Shown: positions 11,800-25,736 of the stretch, in pieces | Position numbering within the stretch: the stretch's first letter is position 1 | Layout: the number at the start of each line of letters is the position of its first letter | Assembly: GCF_000150275.1 (NCBI RefSeq) | Contig: NW_002060943.1 | Location: 12,843,694 to 12,907,693 of the forward strand | DNA from: Trichoplax adhaerens | Taxonomy: Eukaryota > Animalia > Placozoa | Length of the DNA stretch: 64,000 nucleotides | Direction of reading: 5' to 3' | The notes under the pieces: generated by a model | What the model was told of the DNA's origin: nothing | Seen by the model: the letters and a program-made list of their open reading frames with translations, nothing else | Database searches by the model: none | Program-made: the position numbers and the translations under genes

Positions 11800-14700
11800 A
11801 TATATGTAGCTATTTATTATTCTTATAGAGTCGATAGTCATGGCGCTCTCTTTCAATGAAATTTGCCTCTCCACATCATTATCATTGCCGAAGTATTTAC
11901 ATAGAATGATATCATGATTGTGATATTATGAATTCCAGATTACTCCTACTCTTCGCTTCGTTGATACCTTAGCGTGGTAAGTTGATTATCGTTGATCAAT
12001 CACTTTAGCGACAGTAGCTATTACCCAACTGGCTTACCGGCCTAACAAAATGGACGCCAATGTTACTATCTTTAACTTTTGTTTAAGTTCAGTATTGACG
12101 AAAGCAAATAGCTCAGTTTCAGTATTGGCCCTAGCCAAAGCACACTAATCATAATAATAACATTGAAATACATTGTCTCCTACTTATGTAACCCAAGGTA
12201 GGAATTCAATCATTTTACAACCTGAGCAATGACGATAACTAACGTTAATCCAATTCTCCTTCCTAATTGTGGTGTAATATTGACACAAGTCATTGAATAC
12301 TTATTTATTTACGATCCTGTCATCATTGATTACTATCTTTGATTAGCCATTTTATAGAATAGGTAATGATGTCATAATATATGGATGATGTCGGTGCTCG
12401 ATAGAGCGCTGTAGACGCAAATTGAGTGCACCCAATGGAGATCAACACAAACTCATGGCTGAAAATAGCATCACTGTAGGGTTACCTAACCTTGATCTAT
12501 CTTCTTTAATCCATATTTATGAAGCCATTATAGATAGACAATATTCAGTTGCCTCGCCAATTTAACACCCTAATGATGAGTGAGAATTCAACCTGAAACA
12601 AATTGCTATCCATTAGAGCAATGTAGGTAGGGGGTTGGGTGGAGTAGGCAACTAGAGAATGGACCATATTCTTAAAGGCAAATGATGACAAAATAGAATC
12701 ATTAATGTTCTTTTTCCACCATTCAATGATTCCTGTGAAAGTGATTGAATAGATTCTATGGAAATACAAGTCTTCTTCCATTCGGCCATCTATAAACTTC
12801 ATTGTCTCTATTACTACGTCGACATAACTATTGATGATTGATCTACCGCATCGTATTGATGATCAGTTACACCCACTGAATGTTTATTCCTATTTTTTTC
12901 CTTTAATACAAGATTTGCTTTGTTTTGTCTTGTTCTTATTATTCCTCAATTGGACAAGTACCAGTCTCCTTCATTCACATCATTTCTCTATAGGTTATAT
13001 TACTATTCTCTTTCCTCTATGTATCCATTCGATAATTATTTCGTCTACATCGTGGAGCGAGGTGTGGTAGAATGCAATCCTGGAGAATAAAGGCTAGCCA
13101 TTATCGTAGTCCATAGTATGACCGTAGCGATATAATTAGATAGCGCAATTTTAGTTATAAATTGGCTGATTGTTGATTAGTTAAACTAGATAAAAACTCC
13201 ATCCATTGACTTCTTTCATTCATATCATCATTACTTGTGTTTGAATGAGTACTATCGTATTTTAGATATTCTCCTTTTTGATTGAATTTCGTTTCTGGTC
13301 AGTCCTTCATCGTTATCTATAGTTTCGTCGGATTGAATTTCATATCTTGAAATCATTTATACCACTGTAAATTCAATTCTTTCCATTGATTTCAATCCGT
13401 TGGTTTGGGTTACACAATCGTTATATCGATCTTTGAAGTTAAATCTTTATTGGGTAAGAAAAACCATAGAGTACAGAAGGAAAAAAGAAATGATGCTGAC
13501 GTCCAAACGTGTTCTCTTGGTAAGATTTGATGATGGTTATAGCCATCAAATAGCGTTAAACTCGGTTTATTTGCTGTATTAGTATCTTTTTTTCACGGAT
13601 AGTCAGCCAATGAAGAATTTACTCGTAGAAAACTTATTCTATCATATCCTGAATATCATTTAAATGCGTCTAAATTCAATTTTTTCTTATACTCTTCACA
13701 AATCTGATCCATCGGTTCGTTGAACTCCATTTGACTGTAATGGATATTCATATAAAATTAGTAGACTCCTATTTGTTCCTTTAGCTATTTCAAAGTGATG
13801 CTTAGATAAGCATTTGCTTCTTCTAGACTTGCAAAATGACTTGATATTTTTGAAAACCACAACCAAGCCCATGATAATGTCCTGTCCGTAATACATCTTT
13901 CTTCTTAAACTCGGATAGTCCTGAAATAATACAACAAAGTCACAGAGTTGATTCTTAAACTGTATCATCCAACAGCAATCCAAGATTAATCCATTCGCGA
14001 AATAAGTTCAGCCATTCTAAAGTTGATATTCAACTACACTACTGTATAAACTCTCGTATTTTACAGACAAGAATAATCTGCATAATTTAAATATAGAGAG
14101 AATGGATCAAGTGAAATGATTGTCTACGGGTAATGAAATTCAATTCATCTTTACTACGTAATTACATTATCATGGACTATCCCAATTGAGAACTTTTTCT
14201 TCATTTCCTGGGAATAATCGTCCAAAGTCTACAAGTCCGCCTTGTATTCTAAAACTAAAACTGTTAATGTAATTACTTGACAAGAATTGAAAGATAGTTT
14301 ACCAGTTGTTTGTTTAATTCACTTTCATCTAGAAGCAGTTATATCATCATCGTAGATTGACAAGTTAATTTACTCTAACCGTGTTTTATACTCATCATGA
14401 TTATTGCAGTTTAATCGATTGGAAATGACCTCGTCATGATTTTAGATAATTTATTCTTGCTTCTAACAGTCCTTTCAAAAACATTCACTCAATCCCTACG
14501 TTTTAACAGTATTTCTATCATGATAACCATGACAATCCATTTCATTATCCAACAAGATGTAAAATATGAAAACAAAACCGTTTTTCCTCGGCAAGACAGC
14601 TTTTCAAATTGGCCATTTTCTCATCATTCTTTGTCGATTTCGTCTTGCATTCTTCCTCACTGATGGATCCTATAATATCAGTTAAGCTTTCTAAATGGAT

Positions 14701-17700
14701 TTGACCTCGTTTTCAAGCGGCATAATTGAGCATAAACTGTCAAGAAGTGTGCCATCATTTTAGTCTAACGGTAGTTATAAATATAAATAGAATTTTAAAA
14801 GTGAATTAAAGGCAGTAAATCACTGGCTTCCATGGTGAAATGATTGATTTTTTTGCCTTACGCTATTGCTGTCAAGAAGGAGTGGAACAACCAAGATAAA
14901 TGGATTGTTTCAACTCAAATGAACTTTCCGAATAGAGGTTACTCTTTTAACAAGGAAAATGTTGACTTTAGCGACGATGTTTGTTTAACTGGATCCGGAA
15001 ATTGAATTTGAAATGATCTACCATCTCGTAACTTGTTTATTCCTACTTTCTATCTCTATTGCAATCCTTTTAATAAGGGAGAATGAGCTTCATTCCCCTA
15101 TCCTAAGACCGACTAATATAGGACTAGTAAACTAGAAAATTAAATGGCAGCAAGCTTGATCAATATTATACCGGCTGTTTAAGGTAGTTTAATAAGGCGT
15201 GCCGTCGCCATTCCTTTAACATCTATTGTCATCGATGATGAAAATAGTCTAAGGAATTGAATAGCTCGAATGCAAATGTGAACAAGGTGTTGGCTAAAGG
15301 GAATTATATCCTGCTGATTTGCCTATCAAATTATAATACTATTCACCATCCATTTGTAATAATAAATGGTTTAAATCATTGCCATCAAGAGTAATCGTAG
15401 GACTACTGTCTATTTTAGCTTGAATCGAGTTTAGGTTACCAACGATTTGATTGTGCTCGTGAGTTGAAAAGACGCCTTCCATGGGGGTAATTTTTCATCT
15501 TTGTACATTACTTATGCTTAACTGTATTGATATGTTCATTCTTAAAGAACGTAATGGATGATTCACAACAGCAATGGAAAATACTAGCAGCAGTAGTCTG
15601 TTTGCTTAAATAGGCAAGAGTGGATTACGCCAATTGGCCTTGCAAGGCGTCTATTCTAAATCAACATCTAAATCCAAGTAGTTAGGAAATGCAGTTGTTC
15701 AGTTGTCGTTATTGACTTAACAAATTAGCTGTCAATATTCCATAACTTCTGGACTATTTAGAAGAAATGAAAGTTAACAGATGCAATTAGTACCGCCATT
15801 TTAACTCCATTCTTGCCACACGTAGTCTTGGGCAATTTTTTTATTCCCTAAATAATTCTCAGCGAGAAAAACGCTCCTGCCACGACATCAATATGCCTCC
15901 AGCACCATAGACTAGAGGCCGTATCTCGAATTACCCGATCGTCTATCATGCAATGGATTCTCTATCGATCATGATGGTGTCTTGCTGATGGATAAAATTT
16001 TCGAAAGGATTTTCCATTGATCATTGTTTCAAAATCACCCTATATCTGAAATACTTTCTTCTACTGACTTATTCTCAATCGTTCCTCTCAATCCATTGCA
16101 TCGTACTATCGATTGAAGATATAAACAGTGTATTGGTAGAATAAAATATCGCTTTATCATAATTATCCATTCATCTTCCTGGGCAATCTTATGTTATTAT
16201 CGATCCCCTATTTGGATTTATTCTATAAGCGATTTTTTGTATCCATTTTCGTCACATTTTCATTAGCAGCTAATTAACTCCAAATAAAAAGTTCATAAAT
16301 AACAGTAATTACTGTAAGATGATACTACTACGACAGTAGAATCAATTTGTTTTTGATAGCATGATAGCACATTTTATAAATCATTCCCTCATTTCGATCT
16401 AATTTTCTTGAACGAAATTTATTGCGTGGCCAAAATCGAATGGAGACAAAAGCAGAATAAGCTAGTTTAACTTTTTGACGTATCTATTTTTAACAATGCT
16501 AATGGCTATAGCTCGATTCTTGACAATTGACGATGTGCATGCCTCCACATATTCTAGTCCAAATTTACTTTAGTTCCTAAAGTATTTTTCCAGCTTTTCT
16601 TCCTTGAACACTCTCCCTACCTTTTAAATGATATGCTGGAGATATTAAATGATTGGACAGAGCAAGGTATATCATTTCCCCGATCAGATTCAATATCGTT
16701 CCTCTAGATGGGCTAGGTAGCAGTCGAATAACCACCATATAAGTTACCAATTGGCTAAAGATGGATCCATAATTATAATCACTGTTAAATTATGGATTTT
16801 ATACGATGATAAAATTTATTTGAATTCATTTCTTCGCGAATCTTCTCGTAATTTATTGGCTTGATTCGAGATTGATTTAAATAGAACTAGATTGAGATAT
16901 GCGGTAGATTAGCGACAGATTCTACTGAATAGGAAGAATATTGTTACGTTCAACATAAATCTACAAGTATCATCGCTTGGAGAGACTTTTAGCCAGATTA
17001 CAGATTTGGAAAGTAAGAAGTATTTTGCTCATGTTGTATCTTAAGAACTGAGTTCTCTATTCTATAGGATTATATTCTACGGGATAGAACAACTATTGCG
17101 GTGCTCACCATGAATTTACACACATTTTAGTTTCGAAGATTTTTAAGCTAGATTATGCCTTTAGATATCAAGCATAAATTGCCCATGTTGATTCGTTGGG
17201 TATCATGAATTGGGAATTTTTACTCCACGGGACTATAACTTATGGTGAATTGTAGAGTTTTTTTTTAATCGTTTTCTTGAATATTGTCGTCTATCTTCCA
17301 AACTAGTCTATTCCTAAATTAAAACTGCTGCGTCGTAGATGCCGCTGTGAAGATTCAATACGGACAGCCTTAGACCGATGTTTATTATTTCTTTCCGTAC
17401 CATGGACAAAGATTTAATTTCACTTGCCTCAATCATCGTTTTACGTCCGTGTACACCTTTTGAGTTTTCTTGTAGAATATTGCAATTCGCATATACTGAA
17501 TTGGAATTTTGTTCTTCACTTTTACCGGTTCAATTTGCTCTTTAACTCATGGATTGTTGAGTAGAAATACTAATGCGACAACCAGTAATCCAGTTGTGCT
17601 ATTTCTATCTATTTGAATTCCAACAATCATTTTGAATGGCCCCAAAATCGAAAAGAGTAATAGTACCATTGTATCTTCACATCAATTCGTATATTGATGT

Positions 17701-17800
17701 GAAAAATGGCTAAACTAAAGTTCCATTTTCATCATGTTTGCCAGAATACTGGAATAATTGAGAGTTTGCCATGATTATTTGATGATAGAAAGGATTTTAT
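11800..17800 (+). pseudogene. Putative highly decayed cadherin-repeat coding region
   Basis: No ORF >100 aa, but scattered plus-strand remnants resemble cadherin EC motifs: TITNVN/NSPS (~12232), MSENST*NKLLSIRA (~12575), ILKG/NDDK (~12667), LSIDFNPLVWVTQSLYR (~13379), NNRPKSTSPP (~14213), TIHFIIQQDVKYENKTVFP (~14532), VVVIDLTN*LSIF (~15702), YVIIDPLFGFI (~16190), LTIDDVH (~16519). Confidence 0.4.
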
Positions 17801-18148
17801 TTTACTGAATCAGTCAAATTTCATTCTTCTGACTCATTGTCATTCTAATTATATGACACATTGTCATCATGCAAGACTGATTCTATCCATTTAACTTATG
17901 CTCTTTAATTTATTTTAATCATTCGACTGCAAATAACTTTGTTCCTCAATTCAATGTATTATATTGAGAGTTTATGGAGGGATTGGACAAATGCAAGCTA
18001 GAGATATGCTGTAAAAGGTCAGGGCAGATAGATGGGATAACGAAGCAATTGAAGGCTACCAAGAATCAATTTCTATTTATTTGTAGAGTAGATCCTCCTC
18101 CTCCATCCAATTGCTCTATAAAAATACAGTTAACTTGGCTTTTGTTAG

Positions 18149-18539
18149 TGGATTTCTAGCACATTTATACTATATATAGATTGGCAATAAATAAGAAAAG
18201 AATGGATCATCTCAGGCACAGAAATGAAAATATTTCGTTCTAGTTTGATGCGATTTTAAGAGAGGATCTTATACTTTTGTGTGTAGATTTCTAGTACATT
18301 TACACTATACCTATATAGATTAGTAATAAATAAGAAATGAATAGGTCATCTCAGGCACAAAAATGAAAACATTTCGTTCTAGTTTGATGCGATTTTAAGA
18401 GAAGATCTTATACTTTTGTGGGTAGATTTCTAGTACATTTATACTATACGTATATAGATTAGTAATAAATAAGAAAGGAATAGGTCATCTCAGGCACAGA
18501 AATGAAAATATTTCGTTCTAGTTTGATGCGATTTTAAGA
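18149..18539. repeat. Tandem repeat, ~135-139 bp x ~3
   Basis: 'gatttctag.acattta...tcatctcaggcaca.aaatgaaaa.atttcgttctagtttgatgcgattttaaga' recurs at ~18151, 18286 and 18425. Confidence 0.92.
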
Positions 18540-18729
18540 TATAGGCTGAGTTTGAAATGAATGCAGTTGATGATTGACGAGGCAATCTCTTCTAATGATA
18601 ACTTAGAATCAGCTTAACTATCCCGATCAAATGAACTAAAATTAATTCAGCCAGTCTCTTTATTATGAACATTGTTTCGAATATTTAGGATATTTACGTA
18701 TTATCTTTACCTTCTTCCGCAATGTTATC

Positions 18730-19090
18730 ATTTTATTTCAAGCTTAGCGTACTCATTCCTAAGTGATAGTTATGATTACCTGATTTTCTATCTTCTTGAT
18801 GTTCATAACCGAACAATTACAATCTTTTACATATATAACATAACATATATATTACATAATATTATCATTTCATTTCGAGCCCAATATGCTCATTCCTGAA
18901 CGACAGCCATGATTAACTGGATTTCAATCTCTTGATACTCGTAGCCAAATAATTACAATCTTTAGAATATTGATATATTAGCTTGACTTCCTTGCATGAT
19001 ATTGTCCTTTCATTTCGAGCTTAAGATATTTATTCCTAAACGATAGCCATAATTAACAGGTTTAAAATCTTCTTGATACTCTATAGCCCT
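18730..19090. repeat. Degenerate tandem repeat, ~140-150 bp x ~2.5
   Basis: Recurring 'tttcatttcgagc..attcct.aacga.agccat.attaac.gg.tt.aaatct.cttgatactc.tagcc'. Confidence 0.75.
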
Positions 19091-19098
19091 TGTTCTTC

Positions 19099-22000
19099 AT
19101 GCTCTTTGCTACAACTTGCACTTGCTCAACCTCAAGCGCATCTGGAAATGATGAAATCTCTTTAGTTATGTTTATGACCAGCGAATATGTTATCGCGACA
19201 ACAAGTGATCTCCTAATATCCAGTAAGAGTTCCATGCTTTTATCCGTGCAATCGTCAATGCAACCAACTAGTCCACCACCGACAGCACCTACCACAATAA
19301 CTCCATCGCCAACTACTACCACCAATCCATGCCAAGGATCGAGAGCTTGTGGTAATACTGCTACCTGTGTAAGTAAATCGGCAGGCTTGTCATTTTATTG
19401 TCGATGTAAAGAAGGTCATTATCTTCGAAACGAATCTCTACCAATGGTCGAGAATCAATCCGGTGACAATTGCCGACGTAAGTTGATAGAGTAGAAAGAT
19501 AGATGACAATATCATTAGATTACAGACATTAAGCAGTCATTATTTTGCATTGCTTGAGTTTTTCACGTCGAAATTGAATTAATTTCTTTAGCTGGACAAT
19601 TTCTTGGTGGTAATTTAACTCTTGATACGACATATACTCCTGAGTTAGCCAATAAAAGCAGCACTCAATATAAAAATTTAGTGGCTACTGCCAAGCAAAA
19701 GGTAAAAAAAGTATTAATTTAGATATTATCGACTCCTGGAAATGTCCAAATCGTTTTGTACTCATATACCAATGTATTGGATTATTGAGCTCATTTTCAA
19801 TATTTTCTCATCAATCTGTTCTAGTTGGAAGGAGTGCTACGGCAAGAATATGGAAATGTATTTGAACGTGTTGTGATTGATAGAATTAGGTACGAAAATA
19901 GATGGGATTAATTTGATTGCGTGTTGGAAACGATGGATGAATTATCGTCACAACACCAACTCATAACTTGTTACCCCTTCAAGTTTCTCGTAGTTCAATC
20001 GTTCATTCTTATTTTAATTTTATATAGAAATGGAAGCATTATCTTTGATTTCCGCATCATCATGAGATCAAATTCAACAAATAATGCAACTCAAATAGCC
20101 TTGACCATTTCCGACCTAGTAACAACAGTGGGAAATGCCAACGTTTCAAAAACTTATGTAGCAGGTAAGGATTTCAGAATTTTATACCACCAATTCACAA
20201 TGACATCCAATTTGTTTTAACAGTTTTTATTTTCTCCCATTTTCAATCGTTTCATAGCACTTGATGTATGCGTTGGAAGTAATCGCCCATGTTTAAGTAC
20301 AAATCAAGTTTGTACTCCTACAAATGGAGGCTTTCAATGTGGAAATTGTCGGACTGGTTACCGCTATAATAGTTCGACCAATATTTGTAATGGTAAGTTT
20401 TTATCCATTAAAACTATCTATTTTAATGAGTGTTTTTCTAACTCGTGATAACTCCTCAGTTAAGCTTAGTCTTTCCACTTCGAGCAGTTCCTACCTTTCA
20501 TAATGCTATTACTTCATAACATCGTCCATAACTTTGCTCCCATTCTGTCTAAGATATCAATGAATGCATAGCCCAACCATCATTCTGCCATAATCAGAAT
20601 CGTACTTGTACAAATGCCGTTGGCTCATTTAGCTGCCAGTCTTGTCCATCTGACAAGCAATACGATAGAGTCAATAGAAGTTGCGTTGGTAAGGCAATTT
20701 CTTTATGGATAGAAAACTTTAAAATTTTTCTCTAGTCATAACTGTTTGACAGCTTGGATCTATCATTTGATGACATATCAACTCAATTTTGTATTATCTT
20801 CTTTTCATTATCCTTTAGTTGCAGTATCGTGTACTCCAAATCCTTGCAGATATAGTGGCACCTGTATACAAATACGTAATGCTAATAGCATCACTTGCAA
20901 GTATGTTTTCCGTGTGTTTTAATTGATTTAATATTGCTAAGAAGAAACGAAATAATCTTGTCTTAGAAGCTTTACAGCAGTACATCGCTATTACATTAAT
21001 GGAACTGTATATATTGATAGTCTAATCATGAGCTAATATGTGGATTGGTAATGAAAATATCAATTAGATTCGTATCTAACCTTTTGCATGTTATTATGGC
21101 CCAATATTCTATTTGGATAGCATAGGATGATTTCTTAACCCCCTTCATTCATCTTAGAATTATGATTCATTATTTAGCTATAGCTCGATACAATAACAAT
21201 AGCTTAACGGAAGATGATGGCAAATAGACTTAATACTAAATTTTTTACTTATAATTTTAGGTGCATTATTTTTTTCAAAGGTGATCGATGCCAGAACTTG
21301 ACTGGTATGTCAGTTAGATCAAATAGTAACATCCTTTCGAGCTAAAATTGTATTCTGAATATGTTCATTACTAATGCAATATAGATCCACTACAGTTGAT
21401 TGATAGGGTTTCAATTTTGGAATTAACAATTGATTTATTTCTATATCATCAGATATCGGTATTGCTATCATTGCTATTGGTAGTACGGTGGTAATTCTGA
21501 TTATTTTAGCTATTACTGCCGTTTGCTATTACGTTCGTACCAAACGAAAAGGGTGAGAATTCATCTTGAATAGAGAAGATTAGCAATTGCTTTAAAAATG
21601 ATTTCAATTTTATGCATGACTAGCGATTTAAGGCATGAGGTAGTAGCCATAGTATGATTTACTTGATCTCTATAATATAGCATAGATTAACGCGTATACT
21701 CCGTTCATAGTCTATGGCTACTGTAATGTCTAATCATCACGATTTAAATTTATACGTACAATTAATCTTGATGATTTTTGACTACGTCATGAATAATATG
21801 CTACACTTAATGACCTCTAGCCTTATAGCAACATATAGAGGCTAAGATGAAAACAAAGTATTGCATTTAGACCCAATTCGTTCTATAGCACATTCTCCAA
21901 TAATATTGGATAAATTAGCCTAATTTAAGATACAGATTTTTGATATCCTTTTGTTATTACGATCAATTTAGCGATATAAGGCACAAAATTTTGCTTCTAC

Positions 22001-22488
22001 ATTATAAAAATACATATCTGATACGGGACTCTATTGTGACATTGCTTATCAATATAGACGTATAAATCTATTTAGTTTTATTTTATATATATATGTGTGT
22101 GTGTGTGTTTTATTTTATATTAAATCGAGAAAAATAAATGAACGACTAGCATCCATATCTACTGTTTTGGCTAAATTAAATAATGAAATAGATATGTATT
22201 AGTGCAATTGAACGATCAAAATAAGTTTCTTTATCCCGATATCCCACTAAATTTTATTTTAAATTGAAATTTGGATTCAGAGTACGCCATCCAACTCGGC
22301 AATGCGCTGGAGTAAATGAAAGTGAACAGATTGTCATGGATAAATTACTGAAACCACAAATCAGAGCCGCTCAGTTAGAAACCAATGTGCCTACAAGACC
22401 TTATGCGGGTGAAATTGGTGGCAAACACACAAGTGTAACTTACGAAGATAGGCAAATGTTGACTAGAAGTAAAGTATTTGAAGAATAA
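19099..22488 (+). CDS. Single-pass mucin-like EGF-SEA-EGF/cbEGF-TM receptor (5' end uncertain)
   Basis: Phase-consistent exons ~19099-19477, 19592-19701, 19825-19889, 20028-20164, 20258-20391, 20554-20688, 20819-20900, 21261-21304, 21453-21552 and 22281-22488. They encode an S/T/P stalk, EGF (NPCQGSRACG..CRCKEG), SEA (YTPELANKSSTQYKNL...RNGSIIFDF), EGF, Ca-EGF (DINECIAQ), EGF, a TM (IGIAIIAIGSTVVILIILAITAVCYY-VRTKRK) and a ~75-aa tail. Confidence 0.85.
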
Positions 22489-23329
22489 GATGTGGCTTAT
22501 TATAAATGTCGATCGAGATCGGTCTCCATCTACTTTATAGTTGAAAACTAAAGATACATAAGCAAGCCTATTTTCAAAAATAATCTTTTCAAGTGTAAAC
22601 GCTATAATCGATATTAACATATCGGGATATAATCAAAGCTCGTTTTAAGCTAAGATTTTAATAATAAATTTCAATAGTAATGCGCTAAAACCACTAATAA
22701 TGGTTTAATGATAATTCACATAATCCAAAATTCTAATGTAAAATTTCTCAGTATATTTGAAGCAGTTTTTTCGTCAATTTATTTATCATATTTTCATTTT
22801 TAATACTATATCATTCCTATTAGAATGAGGATTATTATTATTACACACCAGCAAGCAAAGCAATTTTTGCATACGTAAATTGAGCAACTGGTAAAATAAC
22901 CTTGTGACTATAATTGATTTCTTATCCGGGCATACTTTAAATATTTCTATTCAAGGATAATCTATCGCAGTGCTGATTTAAATTATAATTAAGTGGGCTA
23001 TCATTACATCTTCTGTGTGAATGTCTGCTTTAATCTATAACACCAGCAAATAATAATTGTTATATTGAATAAAGACTTGACTTTATTTCAGATATCGTGA
23101 GAGCTATGATTTATTAAAGATGGCATACACGAGGATAAATGAAATTAGTTTCTCGTCAAACAAACCTACTCCGTTAGCGTAATAAGCTAGTAGTATCTAC
23201 TTGTTGTAATCACTATACAAAATAATTGTCCTATTCCAACAATTACTGATTAATTAACATAAAAATATGCTACGAATATTGTGCAAGATTGGAAACCATG
23301 GCAATAGATTAAAAAAATTACTTATTAAA

Positions 23330-23625
23330 TGGGAAATTAAATGTTATAATATTCTTAGCAGGGCAAGTATGATGATGCTCTTACCTATGTTGAACGAGAA
23401 ATTCCAAATCTACCTGGCAACACTTGGTGGGAATCATCCTCATGATGCTATATATTATCAAATTAGGGGCAGTTCATCGATAGAAGACTATCATCAAGCT
23501 ATTCTCTTCTATCAAGAGTCCATTTCTATCATATACAATCTTTACGGAGAAGACTACCCTTAAATTCTTGACAATTTTTTACAAGTAACCGAATGTTGTG
23601 ATCAACTAGAAGAATATCCTTAAAA
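23330..23625 (+). pseudogene. Decayed 3' fragment of a 42-aa TPR gene
   Basis: cagggcaagtatgatgatgctct (QGKYDDAL) is followed by a frameshift into MLNEKFQIYLATLGGNHP..., matching the last repeat of the 25737 gene, then YQESISIIYNLYGEDYP*. Confidence 0.75.
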
Positions 23626-24789
23626 TAGCAGCAATGCCGGAGACAATCAATATCATACATCATCATGCACGGCTTGATCAGTAAATCAATCAGTTAATGA
23701 TCATTCTACATCATCAGAAAGTAATCTCAACATTCGTGTATTATAGAAATAACTGATAACACAAACTTTAAATTCCATCCTACTAGAACGGCAGCAGTAG
23801 TGTCTGATGATACAGTCTCTTCTCTACTCTATGCCGTATCGCATTAGTCTATTTTACATAAAAGTAGTGATAGTATAAGTGGTATAGCATAAATATTTGT
23901 AAATTGGACTAAAGCACACTAATTCCGAGTTTTATTTTGTATTCCAATTGATTTCAATACTAGTTATAGTTATCACATGTTCAGAGATACGATATATTTT
24001 CATGTCTATTGTAATGCGATCCTAATAATTAACATAATTTAAAGCTACCAATGCAATCTTGGAATATTTCTAATTCTTATCAGACGCATGATTGTACTAT
24101 ATCTCCTGCTTAATAAATTCCAGACACACCCTATTAACGGAATATCAGTATTTATTCATTGTTTTCTAATTAAATAAGAAAATGTATTTATTTTATTGCT
24201 ATAGTTCCATATGTATGCATTGAAGCAACTATTGTCAGTGTTGTCTTGGGTATGGACTTTGTAGTATATTTTTTTTTGTTTTTGGTTGTTTGATAAGTTG
24301 CTACAATCAAGTGCTAGGGTTATTAAAGTGTTGTTTTATGGATATTTCTGGACCGTTCGTACCTTATAATATACTGTTATTCTCCTTCCAAGCGTAGCAA
24401 TCATACAGCAGATAAGGTCTAGTGAAGGTGTAGGATGGAAACTTGATCGCTTTATCCGGGTCATGATTTATCCTTGCTAGGTAATATTAATCTTTATGGA
24501 GTGTTATAGATAAAAGTCAGGTGTAATTTGTGCACCAGGTACTGCTTAATTTTAGTTAATGTAGCACCCAATTTGTTAGCTATTCAGAAAGACTACTGCA
24601 AAGTTTAGAGTAAGAAAATACATAACAATAATTCAATTAATCAGGAGTAATAATATAGGTTATATCAGCGGTAATACTCCTAACCGATTTTTTTCTAATT
24701 ATACTCGCATCACTGTCTAAAATTGACATGACAAACCAGAAGCTATAGCACTAGTATTTTAAAAATTATTATCTAGTTTTATGAAGATA

Positions 24790-25290
24790 TACTGTATGTA
24801 TAAATCAGTAACTATATCATGTTGTCTGAAAATTAAAGTCAATTTACAATAAAATGATTCATCCTTTCTTACTGTCAATTCTTGTACGTTATTCAAGCTA
24901 ATACAAAATTATTACAACGATACTATCATGTTAATTACCTAGTTCCTAAAGTTAATTTGCTATAAAATAGTCCATGCATTTTTAATGTATTATATATCAT
25001 TAAAATATCATTTTATAACGGTATGCTGACTGCACAGCAAGGTGTGCGAGTTAGCTAGTATATGTATAAATCAGTACTTGTACCACGCAATTTAAAATTT
25101 AATACTACTTATCGATTTTTTGATGTATTGTACGTTATTAAAGCGAACACAAAATTGATATAACGATAATATCATGTTAATGTAGTGATCTAGGCATTAA
25201 AGTAAATTTACACTAAAATAATCCATTCATTTGTGGTGTATTAGACGTTATTAAAGCGTGTAAAAATTGATATAATGATATTGTCATGTT
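24790..25290. repeat. Degenerate tandem duplication upstream of the TPR gene
   Basis: 'gtatgtataaatcagta...tgtacgttatt.aagc.aa.acaaaatt.at..aacgata.tatcatgttaat' recurs at ~24793, ~25058 and partially at ~25245. Confidence 0.7.
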
Positions 25291-25736
25291 AATTTTCTGT
25301 TCTATTTACGAGGCTTTCTCTAATTTTACATTCATGATGTGATTAATACTCGTATTTACTCATTCCACACCAGCTTTATACTCATGCGTGCGTTATAATG
25401 ATGATGGTAGATACCGTGGATTACTGATGCTGGAATAATGTTGATGAAAAAAAAGGATGGAAAATTAACAATTACACAGTTTGATCAATATTTTCTTCTT
25501 TAAAATTATGACAATCATGATTTGCACGTGGTAGTCGTTCCGTAAATTAAGCATCGCTAAATTGAAGTCCGCCCCTAACTGCAATCAAGGGGAAGGTAGC
25601 TATTTTATATATTACTGCCTACATCGACTGAATTCTTCTTTGGCACAACTATCAAAGTGGCATTCTATTTGGAAAAGAGCATTGGTGTCTATTTTATTTA
25701 TATGATATCTTGTCATTCTTGTTCAATAAGTTAAAT

